Source: Macrostomum hystrix
Taxonomy: Eukaryota > Animalia > Platyhelminthes
NCBI GenBank assembly: GCA_950097015.1
Contig: CATNEN010000030.1
Location: 1,736,001-1,800,000, forward strand
Direction: 5' to 3'
DNA: 64,000 bases
Shown here: positions 47,133-58,410 of the stretch, one piece after another
How positions within the stretch are numbered: the first letter of the stretch is position 1
Layout of the letters: each line of letters starts with the position of its first letter
Program-made: the position numbers and the translations under genes
The notes under the pieces: generated by a model
The model's database searches: none
Told to the model about the DNA's origin: nothing
The model's input: only the letters and a program-made list of their open reading frames with translations

Positions 47133-48050
47133 ATGGCTAACGAAAAGAAAAAGTTCAACATCAAGGATCGCCTTCGCAAATTCGGGCAATTCGCCTACAA
47201 TAAGCAGAATCGCACCGTGTTTGGCCGTACAGGCCTGTCCTGGCTGCTCATCATTCTGTTCTATATCGTTTTCTACGCCCTGCTGACCGCCTTCTTTGTC
47301 GGAATGCTGCTTGTGCTGCTCTATGGAGTTGTCGACGACTCGCAGCCGAAGCTCACAGGCGCCCAGTCTTTGCTGCGCTTTGTGCCAAGCATCGACTTCA
47401 AGCCTCGCGCTCTGGTGGACAGCACCCTCATCAACTTCAAGCCCAGCGATGCCAACACCTACATGCCCTACGTCAACAACATCAAGCAGTTCTACAACAG
47501 CTATTCGAGCATCAACACCTCGTTGGACAGTCCGTTAATGTCCTACGCTACCTGCAACCTGACGGATCCGCAGGCTAATCGTGGCTTCGACCCCGTCAGG
47601 CGAATCTGCCGCCTGAACCCGGCTGTGGACTGGGGCAGCTGCAACCACTCCAGCCAGTTCGGCTACCCGGAGGGCCGGCCCTGCGTCATGATCAAGCTGA
47701 ACCGCATGTTCGGCTGGATACCGACTCTAGCGCAGTCGGCGCAGGTCAATCACACCCTGCTCACTTGCGAAGGTGAGAACGACGGCGACAAGCCGAACCT
47801 GGGCGTTGTCGATTACTACCCGGGTGTGAGCATCAACGGCACCAAGTACGGCTTCTTCAGCAGCGCGCTGTTCCCGTTTCTGAACCAGCCTGGCTACACA
47901 TCCGCCTCCGTGGCTGTCAAGTTCTCCGGCATCCGGCGCAATGTCCTGGTGATGATCCAGTGCCAGCTGGCCAACCTGGCCAACCTGGTCATCGATAAGC
48001 CCAACAGGATCGGCCTGATGCACCTGGAAATGCTGATCCGTACTGCTTGA
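47133..48050 (+). CDS. ATP1B-like: Na+/K+-ATPase beta subunit (copy A), intronless, 305 aa
   Basis: FGRTGLSWLLIILFYIVFY TM segment, PCVMIKLNRMFGWIP, FP(F)LNQPGY..VAVKF, three Cys pairs; strong-context ATG GCCACGCCATGG at 47133. Confidence 0.95.
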   Translation: MANEKKKFNIKDRLRKFGQFAYNKQNRTVFGRTGLSWLLIILFYIVFYALLTAFFVGMLLVLLYGVVDDSQPKLTGAQSLLRFVPSIDFKPRALVDSTLINFKPSDANTYMPYVNNIKQFYNSYSSINTSLDSPLMSYATCNLTDPQANRGFDPVRRICRLNPAVDWGSCNHSSQFGYPEGRPCVMIKLNRMFGWIPTLAQSAQVNHTLLTCEGENDGDKPNLGVVDYYPGVSINGTKYGFFSSALFPFLNQPGYTSASVAVKFSGIRRNVLVMIQCQLANLANLVIDKPNRIGLMHLEMLIRTA

Positions 48051-49043
48051 GCAGGTGGTTTGTTTGAGTTGCATAGCGTATTGACCACACGGACGATATT
48101 TTTTTAATTCAAATACTATACTGAGTCTGAATAAGGCAGTGTCGTCTTTTTCATTTACAAAATTTGCCTTTTACAGTATAACTTTGGACTGAAATTTACC
48201 CGAGCAGGAAAAATTGAAAATTTTCCCTAGTCCACGAGATTGTAGCTCCAATGCTCCAAATATCAAAGTATTGCTGAAGGTAACTCCAGAGAATCAGCAA
48301 GGACCACTAGAACAGTGGTAGCCCATGAGAATCACATAGAAAAAGAAAAAGCTAGCACTTACCGCAGTTCGCGACAAGAAATTGGTCAGCTGAGCTGCTT
48401 ATGCCTGTTAATTAGGCATAATCTTCTGATGGAAATGCAGCTCCAGTACCTAGTTATCTGTGTTTTAGCCAAACTTTGCTCACCTCTGATTTTGGCCCCA
48501 TTGGCTGTTCTAGTACTAATGTGCTGCCTCTTAGACAGAGGACTCGCCTCTGGATTCTGCTGCTGTCATTTCTCCACTACTGCTCAGATCTGAGTATGTC
48601 ACCTCAGATTCATTAACCCTGCACAATTGAATGCCCGAATCTCCAACAGTTTGATCCCCTAACAACTGCATGTTAACTTTTTAGTCAGAACACCAAAGAA
48701 TCTCTATATTTCTTCATCAAGCTCTGAAGATGCTTTACAGTCCTCTGCACGTTTTTTTTCAGATAAATGCCTTCAGCTATTAAAAACTCATTTACTGACG
48801 ATGTGTCATTTATTTCTGTTTATAAATTGAAACTGTCTCCAATAGTAATTCAGTGCTTGTTTGGCGCAGGCGCAGTTGGCTTCAAATAATAAAGACACAT
48901 AGATAAATGTTCTTGAAGTTCTGAAGTCTAGCATAACCCATGTTAGTCATTTTTCCCTTCTAGTTTCCGACGGGTAAATCTTAGCGTCAAATCATTTAGA
49001 ACTCTAAATGCTATTCATTCCAGAGCATCAACTCACCTAAATT

Positions 49044-51474
49044 ATGAGCGCAAGCACCCGAGGCAAGTACGAAGTGGCCGGCGAGAAAGGCGACGAGCCC
49101 CCGAAAGGTCGCTTCAGCTTCATCTATGACTCAAATGCTGGCACATTTTTGGGCCGCACTGGCAAGTCCTGGCTGCTAATCACCGTGTTCTACGTCATCT
49201 ACTACGGCTGCCTTGCAGGCTTCTTTACCGGCATGCTGTCTGTGTTTCTGTTCGGCGTCATTCAGGACGACAGGCCACACCTTACAGGTAGCACGCATGG
49301 TCCCCGTTAGAGACCCACATTTGCGGACTAAATCTAGTTGGATGGCCGATCCCCACCCATGCTTACAAACTTTCGTGACTGGGAAACACTTTATTAGCTC
49401 TTTCGCTGAGATCAGGGGTGTCCAAAAAGTCTTAGGCCTTTTTCACATAACTTTTTTTAACAGCTAGCAAGAGTGACAGCAACACATTTATATTATAGCT
49501 TTAGTTACAAATGACACAGTTAAAGAATTTTGAAACTCGAACTCAACAACAATTTTGAAATCTTACAGAAATGAACCAAATTTAAACTTGTGCGCAAAAT
49601 CTTTGTCACGTTTGCCACGTCATCACTTTCTATATCTATGGTAAAATGTTCCTTTGCTTCTGCTTGTGTGGCACTATGCCACTGAAGAGACTCACCCACC
49701 CACCCACGATAAGCCAATGCTCCTTAATCATGACAATGCTTCGTCCCACACTGCAGAAAAGACACTCGAAGCAATAAAAAATGAAATTCAACCTCCTGGC
49801 TCACCCACCGTATTCACCGGACCTGGCACCAGCTGATTTCGCCATCTTCCCGAAGCTCAAGCAGCTTCTGAGGGACAGAGTTCATGCCAACCGTGACTGC
49901 CTTGAGCAAGAAGTGCGACGGGTTCTTGTCCACGAAATGCCAAGGCAGGCGTATGCATATGCCATTGACGGCATGCTTACCCAGTGGAAGAAGCGCATCC
50001 AACTGAAGGGTGACTATGTTGAGAAGGTCTCAGTTGCTACTGAGGACAACATTTGAACTTTTTTTGAAAGACAGCTGACCTTCTGTTTCGTGTCGCTCCA
50101 TATGCAACCTCCATGTTCTTGTTCATGTATTGAGATGCAGTACCCCACTGCAGTTAAGGAGGCATAACTTTTGAACAGTTAGTGATAGTTTCAAAATTCT
50201 TTAACTGTGTCATTTGTAAAAAATTCCTAAGACTTTTTGGACACCCCTCGTATATTAGCTGGGTAGAAGTTCGGGTGGGTGTGGCCGCCTCCCCCAGTCC
50301 ACGGACTGAACAGCTGTGCGCAGCCTAGCTGCTGATGATATTTATTTGTGATGCTTATAAAGAAGCTAGCTACGTATTTCTACGAGTGTACATCAGAGAA
50401 AATCCCAATTCGTCAATTCGCAGGCGACCAGTCGCTGCTGAAGCTCAATCCCGGCCTTGGATTCCGGCCGCAGCCAGAGCCTGAGAGCTCCATAATCAAA
50501 TTCACCGCCGGTAAGAATGAAACCTATGAAGCCTATGTGCGAAACCTAAAGGCCCTTTACGACAAATACAAGAAGCCCATAAATTCGGCCAGCTTGGGCG
50601 AAAGCTGCGAGGAAGGTGCTACGGGGCAGGACCCGACCAAGGTGTGCCCCTTTTCATGGGACCAACTATTGCCCGATTGTGTACCAGATAACAAGTAAGT
50701 TGCTCATCTTCTCATTCATGTTCCATTCTTGATTGATCAGTGATAGATATAGCACGTGTTCGTTGCGGCTTCGTAAGTTATTTAGAAGGCCGTGTTAAAT
50801 AATAATAATCGCAGGAGGGCTGCGGGCAATGGCACATCATTTGGTGACACTAGACACTAGACCAGCGAGGAGGCAGTTCTGCCCATTTCGCTGAATCCTG
50901 AGCACACAGGCACACAGATGCTGTACGCATGCACACACTCACACAGGTGTGTACATCTGCCATGACTTTTTCATCGTCAGGCAGTGTACACTCTCACTGT
51001 GCCTTGGAGGTTGGCCCTCAAGGGCGTAAATTGCACGAAGCCCCAGAAGGCCGAGTCACAAAGCCATATTTTTGTCCACACAGCTTCGGCTATTCAGTCG
51101 GTCGGCCCTGTGTTTTGCTGAAATTGAACCGCATCTTTGGTTGGCTGCCCGACCCCGTGAACCCGGTGGCGCCGCATCCAGCTGTGCGCTGCTACGGCGA
51201 AAATGCCGCCGACAGTGAGAACCTTGGCCAGCCGTTTTACCAGCCCGGCTTGGACAATCGGACCAATGCCGCTGTCGGCTACTTCAATCAGATGTACTTT
51301 CCCTACCTGGGACAGCCAGAATATCAAGCACCGCTGGTGGCCGTGATTTTTGATAAGCTGCCGAAAAACACCCTGGTGATGGTGGAGTGCCGGCTGGAGA
51401 ACCTGCACAATTCTAAGTACGACCGCGCAGACCGTGAGGCCATGGTCAGATTTGACCTTTTTTTAAAGTCTTGA
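49044..51474 (+). CDS. ATP1B-like: Na+/K+-ATPase beta subunit (copy B), 3 exons
   Basis: Exons 49044-49287, 50424-50694, 51084-51474 in matching phases. FLGRTGKSWLLITVFYVIYYGCLAGFF, PGLGFRPQP, PCVLLKLNRIFGWLP, YFPYLGQPEYQAPLVAV, VECR. Confidence 0.95.
49414..50250 (+). mobile_element. Internally deleted mariner (DD34D) element in intron 1 of beta copy B
   Basis: 23-bp perfect TIR AGGGGTGTCCAAAAAGTCTTAGG (49414-49436 / 50226-50248), TA at the right flank; transposase remnant HDNASSH...HPPYSPDLAPADF...W...GDYVE. Confidence 0.92.
50253..50335 (+). mobile_element. SINE family A 3' fragment
   Basis: GGGTGGGTGTGG..CCCCCAGTCCACGGACTGAACAGCTG matches about 60030-60070. Confidence 0.65.
50810..51055 (-). 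mobile_element. SINE family B, 5'-truncated, in intron 2 of beta copy B
   Basis: Extensive match to the 4330-4560 and 39640-39710 bodies. Confidence 0.75.
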
Positions 51475-52389
51475 ACGGCCAATGGGCGTACGATGCAAAA
51501 ATACCTTGACACTTTGCGGACGTTGCCTGCTTTGCCTTAAGTGATGTTTACAATAATTAGTTTCTTAAAATTAGAAAAAAAAACTGTTACGGCAACGGAT
51601 CTGAGGAAAAAAAGAGAAGCTGACTCATGTTGAAATTTTAGTTTTCAAGACTGCAAAGCTTCTAGAAGTAATGCAACATTTTCTATGCACTTTATCGGCT
51701 AGTTTTGATACTTCAGTGTGCAATAGCTACTTCTGCAATTGTAGTTCTAACCACTTAGTAGCTTGGAATTCTTGGCCCGTCTCGCAGTGGCATATACGAG
51801 TATTTCTTGTTATTTGTTGCGAGTCAAATTTACCTGACCTTACCTTTTGGAGTGCAATATGCCATTTACGAGTAGCAGCGTAGTTATGTTTTTACGTGAA
51901 TTTAGATTCCATATTATACAAGATGACGCATTGCCAATTCACATAGCCAAATCCATTGTTACCACTTAATTTTAGCTAATCTGAAGCTGAATTTTCAACT
52001 TTTCAAATTCATACGTGTTCAGTGAAGTTCTGGGACTATCTCAGACTGTCCTGACTGAATGTGCTTTGGAATAAACTTCTCTATGACACAGCCAACTTAC
52101 GTTTCCTGGATTAAAATATATAATTCTTAATTTTGTGTTTCCTTATTTTTTCTAAGTTTATTGTACTCCTTTTAACCTGCTGGAAGTAGAGTAAATAAGG
52201 GATCCTCTCAAAAATTAAAAAAGTGAAAATTGTTAATTTAGCAGCAGCTTTGAATCAAACATTTTTATGCTAAGCTGTACGTGTGTTAACATGACCAGCC
52301 AAGGATAGATCTTGGGATCAGTACATGACCAGTCAAGATATTTAAACTATATATGTGAGGGCCTATTTGATGGCCCAAGGCACTAGGTA

Positions 52390-52750
52390 ATCGTCAAGTG
52401 CGTCCTGTTTTACAACATCGAGACCTGGACGCTGACGGACTCGCTCGAACAACAAGTTAACGAGGTACACGTTGGAATGCACGGTCTACTTTAAGATCAG
52501 TGACGAGCAAGTCACTAACGCGGCATGGCCTGGTCTGCCTAAGTGAACTACTGAATGATCGACGCCTCTAGTTGGCAGGTCACATCATCTCCGTCTAGTC
52601 CTACTGCCCGCAGCAGATGCAGGAGGTGCTGCACTGCTCCAACTGCTTAATCCTACCGGCGAGGCCAGGCCGAGTTTGGACAACTGCTTGCTGGCTGACG
52701 CTGGTACCCGGGACCTTGCCGGCGGCCCAGGCTCTCAATCGCCCCTATAA
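52390..52750 (+). mobile_element. Degenerate 3' fragment of an RTE-type non-LTR retrotransposon
   Basis: Translates VLFYNIETWTLTDSLEQQVN ... RRL*LAGHII, typical RTE post-RT motifs (LLYGxETWTL, RRLxWxGHI). Confidence 0.7.
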
Positions 52751-52824
52751 CGCTGCATTATCTTGTCTGGTTGAGCTTTTGCCGCCGCAATGCATGGCCC
52801 CAGAGCCATTATTCGTTACAACTG

Positions 52825-53184
52825 CGCTAATGCCTAGCCATGTTTAGCGCTAGTGCCTAGCCATGTTTAGCGCTAGTGCCTAGCCATGTTTAGCGCTAGT
52901 GCCTAGCCATGTTTAGCGCTAGTGCCTAGCCATGTTTAGCGCTAGTGCCTAGCCATGTTTAGCGCTAGTGCCTAGCCATGTTTAGCGCTAGTGCCTAGCC
53001 ATGTTTAGCGCTAGTGCCTAGCCATGTTTAGCGCTAGTGCCTAGCCATGTTTAGCGCTAGTGCCTAGCCATGTTTAGCGCTAGTGCCTAGCCATGTTTAG
53101 CGCTAGTGCCTAGCCATGTTTAGCGCTAGTGCCTAGCCATGTTTAGCGCTAGTGCCTAGCCATGTTTAGCGCTAGTGCCTAGCC
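52825..53184. repeat. 23-bp minisatellite (about 15 near-identical copies)
   Basis: Unit GTGCCTAGCCATGTTTAGCGCTA with palindrome TAGCGCTA. Confidence 0.97.
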
Positions 53185-53213
53185 AAAGACAGCTTCCGCG
53201 GCTTCCGCAGTTC

Positions 53214-53304
53214 ATTTGCATTTGTCTCGGTCCTTTTCTCTGACGTAACGGAAGAGCGTCGTTTGTTTGAAAGAGTATTGGGCGCTCGGTGCAAGCCTAT
53301 AAAA
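53214..53304 (+). promoter_or_regulatory. Compact Pol II promoter-like cluster (octamer, CRE-like, ETS-like, TATA)
   Basis: ATTTGCAT 53214-53221, TGACGTAA 53241-53248, CGGAAG directly after, TATAAAA 53298-53304. Confidence 0.45.
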
Positions 53305-53619
53305 CCTTAGCTTGAATGGTTTTTGACAGATTACATTTAAAATTTCCATTCTCTTCTTTTCCATTTTCTAATGGAAGTTCACACAATCGCGCAAGTACGA
53401 GTACAATACGTACCACGAGACCAACGAGGAAAAACCAAAGTAGTGAGATGGTCACCAGATTCAAAGCAAGGAAAGCAGGTGAGACCCACGAAACCAGAAA
53501 TAAAGGACATCGCGGAGGCCCCAGGCAACCCCTGGATGATGGCACTAGGAACTAATCAAACGACGATCTGGCAGCATTGCATCAGCGCAACGAAATGAGA
53601 AATCACCCCCTCACAGCAT

Positions 53620-53870
53620 GTCATCGTCGTGGTAGTGGTGGTGGTGTCTGCGCCGGCGGAGGCATGGGATTGACAATCGAGCAGCATGTGCTGGGCGTCC
53701 TCAGCCGCCTGCCCGCAGTCCGTGTAGGTGGCGTCAGGCTGGAGCCCAAGCGGTAGCGGTAGGAGTGAAGAATCGGCGACTGACCGGTGCGGAGCTGGGT
53801 GAGAAAGACTGCGTCAGTGCGCCGCAGCCCGCAGTGGCCCGGCACCCACTGTACGGTCAATGACGTTGTT
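53620..53870 (-). mobile_element. Fragment of an RNase H-bearing non-LTR retrotransposon (I/R1-like), internally deleted
   Basis: QWVPGHCG (RNase H) fused to LTQLRTG, then, after a frameshift, CGQAAEDAQHMLLDC (CCHC knuckle remnant). Confidence 0.75.
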
Positions 53871-54732
53871 GCCTCATTTTGTTTATTAAAACTCGCTTGC
53901 AACACATGTAAGAAACTTTCTCAACCTGAAAAGGGCACGTGAGCAGCCATGGAATCGGCATGGTCAATATTATTTGTTTTATTATTAAATGCGCACTAAA
54001 ATTCTTAAAAATGGTGCTGGTTTTTGTATATTCGATAATACAAATCCCTTTTTTATGAAGTTCTTCACTTTCTTGTACTATAGGTTGATGCATTTGTCAT
54101 CTTCAGTTATGTCTCCAAAGTTTGGCACAGAGGACAGATATTTCTTGTAAAAATGTCTCCCTGATTGAATTGTATGGACTCCAGCGACACCTCAAGAGAA
54201 AATGGGCTTCGTTTTCTACTTCTGAGCGACACCTTGTGCAGATCCTATCATCGTAGGGAATTCTTGGTCTTACAGTCTGTAATGTACTCGTAATTCTAAT
54301 GCTTTCTAATGCTTTAGAAAATCTGTGACCAAGTAAATTAATGTATAATATTTGTCTATGATAAAAAGTTCCGTTTATCGCCTTGGGTGAGCGGGAAATA
54401 AATCATTTATTTCCCGGGGCAAATACGAGCAAATGATATGCTTTAAGACATAGACTGCATTGGTGGGCAAACATGGAGTAATAAGGGATATTTTAGGTTT
54501 GCTTTGTCAGAATAAATTTTATGACTCTAAAATAGATCATTCATGGTAAAGTCTGTCTGTGGTATTTTTGCATTCAACTCGAAATCTAACCGTGGCTTTT
54601 ACACCGTTTGCATTTAGATATCTGTGACACTCGCGTGCAAATTAGTAAATTAACAAAGTAACTAATACAGATTCTACTAGCACAAAGCAATCGACAGGAG
54701 TACAAGAGTTACTACCGTCAGTGTATCGAACA

Positions 54733-55729
54733 ATGAGCTCCGTAGAGCGGTTCCGCTGCCTGCGCGCACTGATCTCAATCCTGCTGTCCATGTTGTCTAA
54801 CACCATGTCAATGTTGGTAATCTCGATGACGCTGATGTTGGTGTTTGGTGACATCATTGCCAAGCTGGAAAACTTGGGTGACAGAGGCCGCAACGACTCA
54901 CTGCTGTATGCAATGGACCTAATGACCAGTGGCAACTTCACCGACACCCAGCTGTCGGAGCTGCTTGAGACCTGGAGTGAGCGGAATCGATGGAACATTG
55001 AAGAGGGAGTCTACTACACTTTCTCGCTGTTCAGCACTATTGGTAGGCGGCTCAACTAACTTCTAGTCCTTTGAGTTTTACACTTTGAGTTCTGCTATAT
55101 GTAGGATTACAATTCAGTTTCGGGTTTCTCCATAAGCCGAATGCTGTCAGATCGAGTCTCCACCCAATCTTGCAGGATACGGAAAACATTATCCAGTCAC
55201 CATGGCTGCTCGCAGCGTCAGTGGCGTCTTCATTGTGCTGTTTGTTCCCGTGGGGGTGCTGCACATCCACAACCTGTGCAGAGTCTACCAGTCGATGCTC
55301 AGCCGACTGCTCATTAGCTGGCGACTCCGTCTGAACAGCCAACATCGACTCAGCCTGTTGATATTTCCCAATGGTGACGACGCAATCATAGTCATCCCGA
55401 TCACCCTGCTCACACTGGTGTTTCACACACACCTGTTGAGCTCCATCCTATTTCTCTGTCTAATCGAGAACTGGACTCCTATTCAGAGCTTATACTACCT
55501 CATAAGCTCCTTCACCACAATCGGCTTTGGCGACTTTCACACTGGGTCGCACAGCCTCTTATTTGTGATGACTATGGCCGCACTGCATCTACACCTGGGC
55601 GCCGTGTTCATGCTAATTATTAACTACCTGAACGATGCAGTAGAGTGGATTCTGCAGTCAGCTCAATCTCATCGCGTCAATAGAGACTCAGGTGGTGCGT
55701 TCCCTCTTTGCATCTTATTTGCTGAGTGA
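54733..55729 (+). CDS. KCNK-like: Two-pore-domain (K2P/KCNK/TWK-like) potassium channel, divergent
   Basis: Exons 54733-55042 and 55176-55729 join in phase to give P1 FSTIG|YG; P2 WTPIQSLYYLISSFTTIGFGD; four hydrophobic helices. Both termini are uncertain. Confidence 0.88.
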
Positions 55730-56361
55730 TGTATATGGCTGAAACTGACGTCTAAGACAAGCGTTTACCAATTTCACCATCCGTTATCATTACTTTCCCA
55801 ATATCCTCCTTCAAAAATATGCAACAATTCCACAAATTTCAGGTAGTGGCTTCTCTAACGAAGGTCCAGCAACTACATCAACACTTTGACGATAGTTCAA
55901 TCTGAAGAGCTTCATCGCTTGTTGATTACATAAGGTCCCATGGTTTGTGATTTCAATCTATTGTGACCTTGTCTGCATTTATTACTGCAGACTTATACTG
56001 CAGTATTATTAAAATGTTCTTTGATCTTGGGCAAGTAACTGCGTGCCAAATTTTGTAACTCATTTAGCTTTTGCCTTTTTCTTAATTTGATTCTGTAGCA
56101 ATAAAATCCTCCTATCTGATGCACTGTTGTTCTGCTGTACCTGTAAGTTTAGCAAAAACCAATCGGTAAAAAATAATTTGCGGATTAGTGAAGACTTCTC
56201 GCTTAGTTACTCAAATTAATTTTTAATATATTAAAATTATTTCATATATATAGAAGCTCGTAATAATAAATTGTCCAGTGACGCAGCCGCAACTATTGCG
56301 AGGCGCATCCAAACTCTGTGTGCAGCTGCTCAGTCCATGGACTGGGCGCACGCAAGGACTG

Positions 56362-56579
56362 CACTAGGAGTAGAAGGACGGAAACTATACGTTTCTTGGA
56401 AAAAATTAACATGTTAGGCAAGTTATATCAAAATAGCAGCTTTGCATCTGCTTCCAATCAAAAGATGTTACGATTTAAATATGAAATTTTTTTATCGCCG
56501 TATAGTGTATTTTTTTTCGCGAAAACCAGCCTTCAATTTTTTCCAAGAAACGTAGTTTCCCGTCCTTCTACTCCTAGTG
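56362..56579. mobile_element. MITE with about 45-bp TIRs starting CACTAG (CACTA/EnSpm-like ends)
   Basis: CACTAGGAGTAGAAGGACGG(A)AAC..CGTTTCTTGGAAAAAATT is inverted at 56533-56579; no clear TSD. Confidence 0.75.
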
Positions 56580-58410
56580 GCCCTTGGGGCACGACACAAC
56601 ATTATATAGGTAGAATCACAGCTGATTCTAGTACCTATTCTATAGCTGAGTGAACTTAGGCATTGGGGAATTAACTAAATTTCTCACACCTCCTCTGGAC
56701 TGGAATTTCAACCCAAAGCACTGGCTAAAACCTCACTGACACGGAAACTGCATAGAAAAGTCTTAGAACTTTCTCCATGCTTTGGAGAAAAGCATGCTGA
56801 TAGCTTCCGTTTTGTGCAACCATTTTTTACCTTTTTGTTTTATTAAATAGCTTAATCATAATTCGTGCATTTCTCCGGCCAACTAATCAGAATTTCCCAT
56901 CTGCCCAGTGTATTCGCGGGACAGCCAGTAAGCCACAAAATGGATTTCTCATAATCTTTCGGACATTGAATGATCGGAATACTAAGTTTACAAATACTTC
57001 ACAGCAACCGCTTATATTTCTCTCTCGTTTTTTTCTCTCTTGCTCGTTTCGGTGTTACGAGTATGTGTGTTGTTGGTTTTTAATCGACCTTGTATTTCGA
57101 CAATTTCTGCCCTTAAATTCAAAACTATAGGTACTTTTCGTCTCTCCAGGTTTTACTCGTACGTCCAGAGCTCTGTGGACTAGACCAATAACGAAGCTTT
57201 CCAAGTGGCTCATCAAAGTGACTTTCGATTGATAGCGAGTGTAAAGTCCTTCGTAACCTCCTATGGTCCAACAAAAATCTTTCTTAGAGTGCTGTCGTCA
57301 GCGTCTTTTTCCCAGTTGAACAAATATTGCATAAAATCCGCTCCGGCAATTTACTTTCAGGAATTTTGACGGAGCGAACTCTCAGCAAGTCTAATAAATT
57401 AATCGAACAGCGGATTTCTCGCTTTGTTTAATAGCCTTAATGGCAAGCTAATCTGCTCTATTCTCTCGCTGCATCAAAATGGGAATCTGAGATTGCTCAG
57501 ATCTCAATGCTCTCCCATCCATTTTAATTCCTGTCATATCTCGACTCAAAGGCTAGCTCTTTGCCTTCAGTGTCTCGGCGTAGACACTTGCAGACTACGA
57601 GGCGGAGTGGGCGTGGCCGTCTTATTTGCAGGTGGTACTTTTGGCCACTTTTTAGGCTCCATACGATTAGCAACGCGATTTTGAAAACCCGACGTGCAAT
57701 TCGCTGAAGTTTGAAACCAAATTTAAAGAGAATTTAAGTTTTAACATAGCTTTCAGTTTTGTTCAATTAATCTTTTATTGCCCTTGTTGTTAATGCTTTA
57801 AATATCAAATGATAAACATGCAAAAAATCAGCACTTTATTAAAATGATAAATTTCAAAGCACCCATCAGATGATTTAGGAATCTCTCGAGTTCTATTGAA
57901 TGTTTAAAAGACCAGAAAAGGTGTCTCAATAGTTGTTGAATTTTGTCATGTAACTTCTAAAAATAACTGGTAAATGCAGCGATGTGAAATCCATATTTTA
58001 AGCTCCAGCCTTAAAATGTGTGTTAATCTCTATCAGCATTCCACCTCATTGGCCGATTCCCGGAAGTATGTGCAATGTATCCCTATATTTATGATCCCAT
58101 CTAATCCAAGCCCCGCTAGTCATGGGGTAGGCGGCTAAAGGCCTCTGGGCGTTTCCCATCTCTAAAACGCGAAATCAGCGATGCCCGACTCTCAACAGCT
58201 TCAGGCCTCCATATCCACCGCCCAGCCAGTGTCTCATTAGCTAAAGGACCTGCAGCTGGAATAATTTGATTAGACTGCACAACCTGCAGCTGGGCGGGCT
58301 AGGGTCGCCTTCAGACCCGAAAGTGCACAGCGAAAATAAACTCGAATAAAGTGTCATATCAAGGCGAAGCGTAATCCGATAATTTTGATCAGGCAGCTTT
58401 TTGGAATTTG

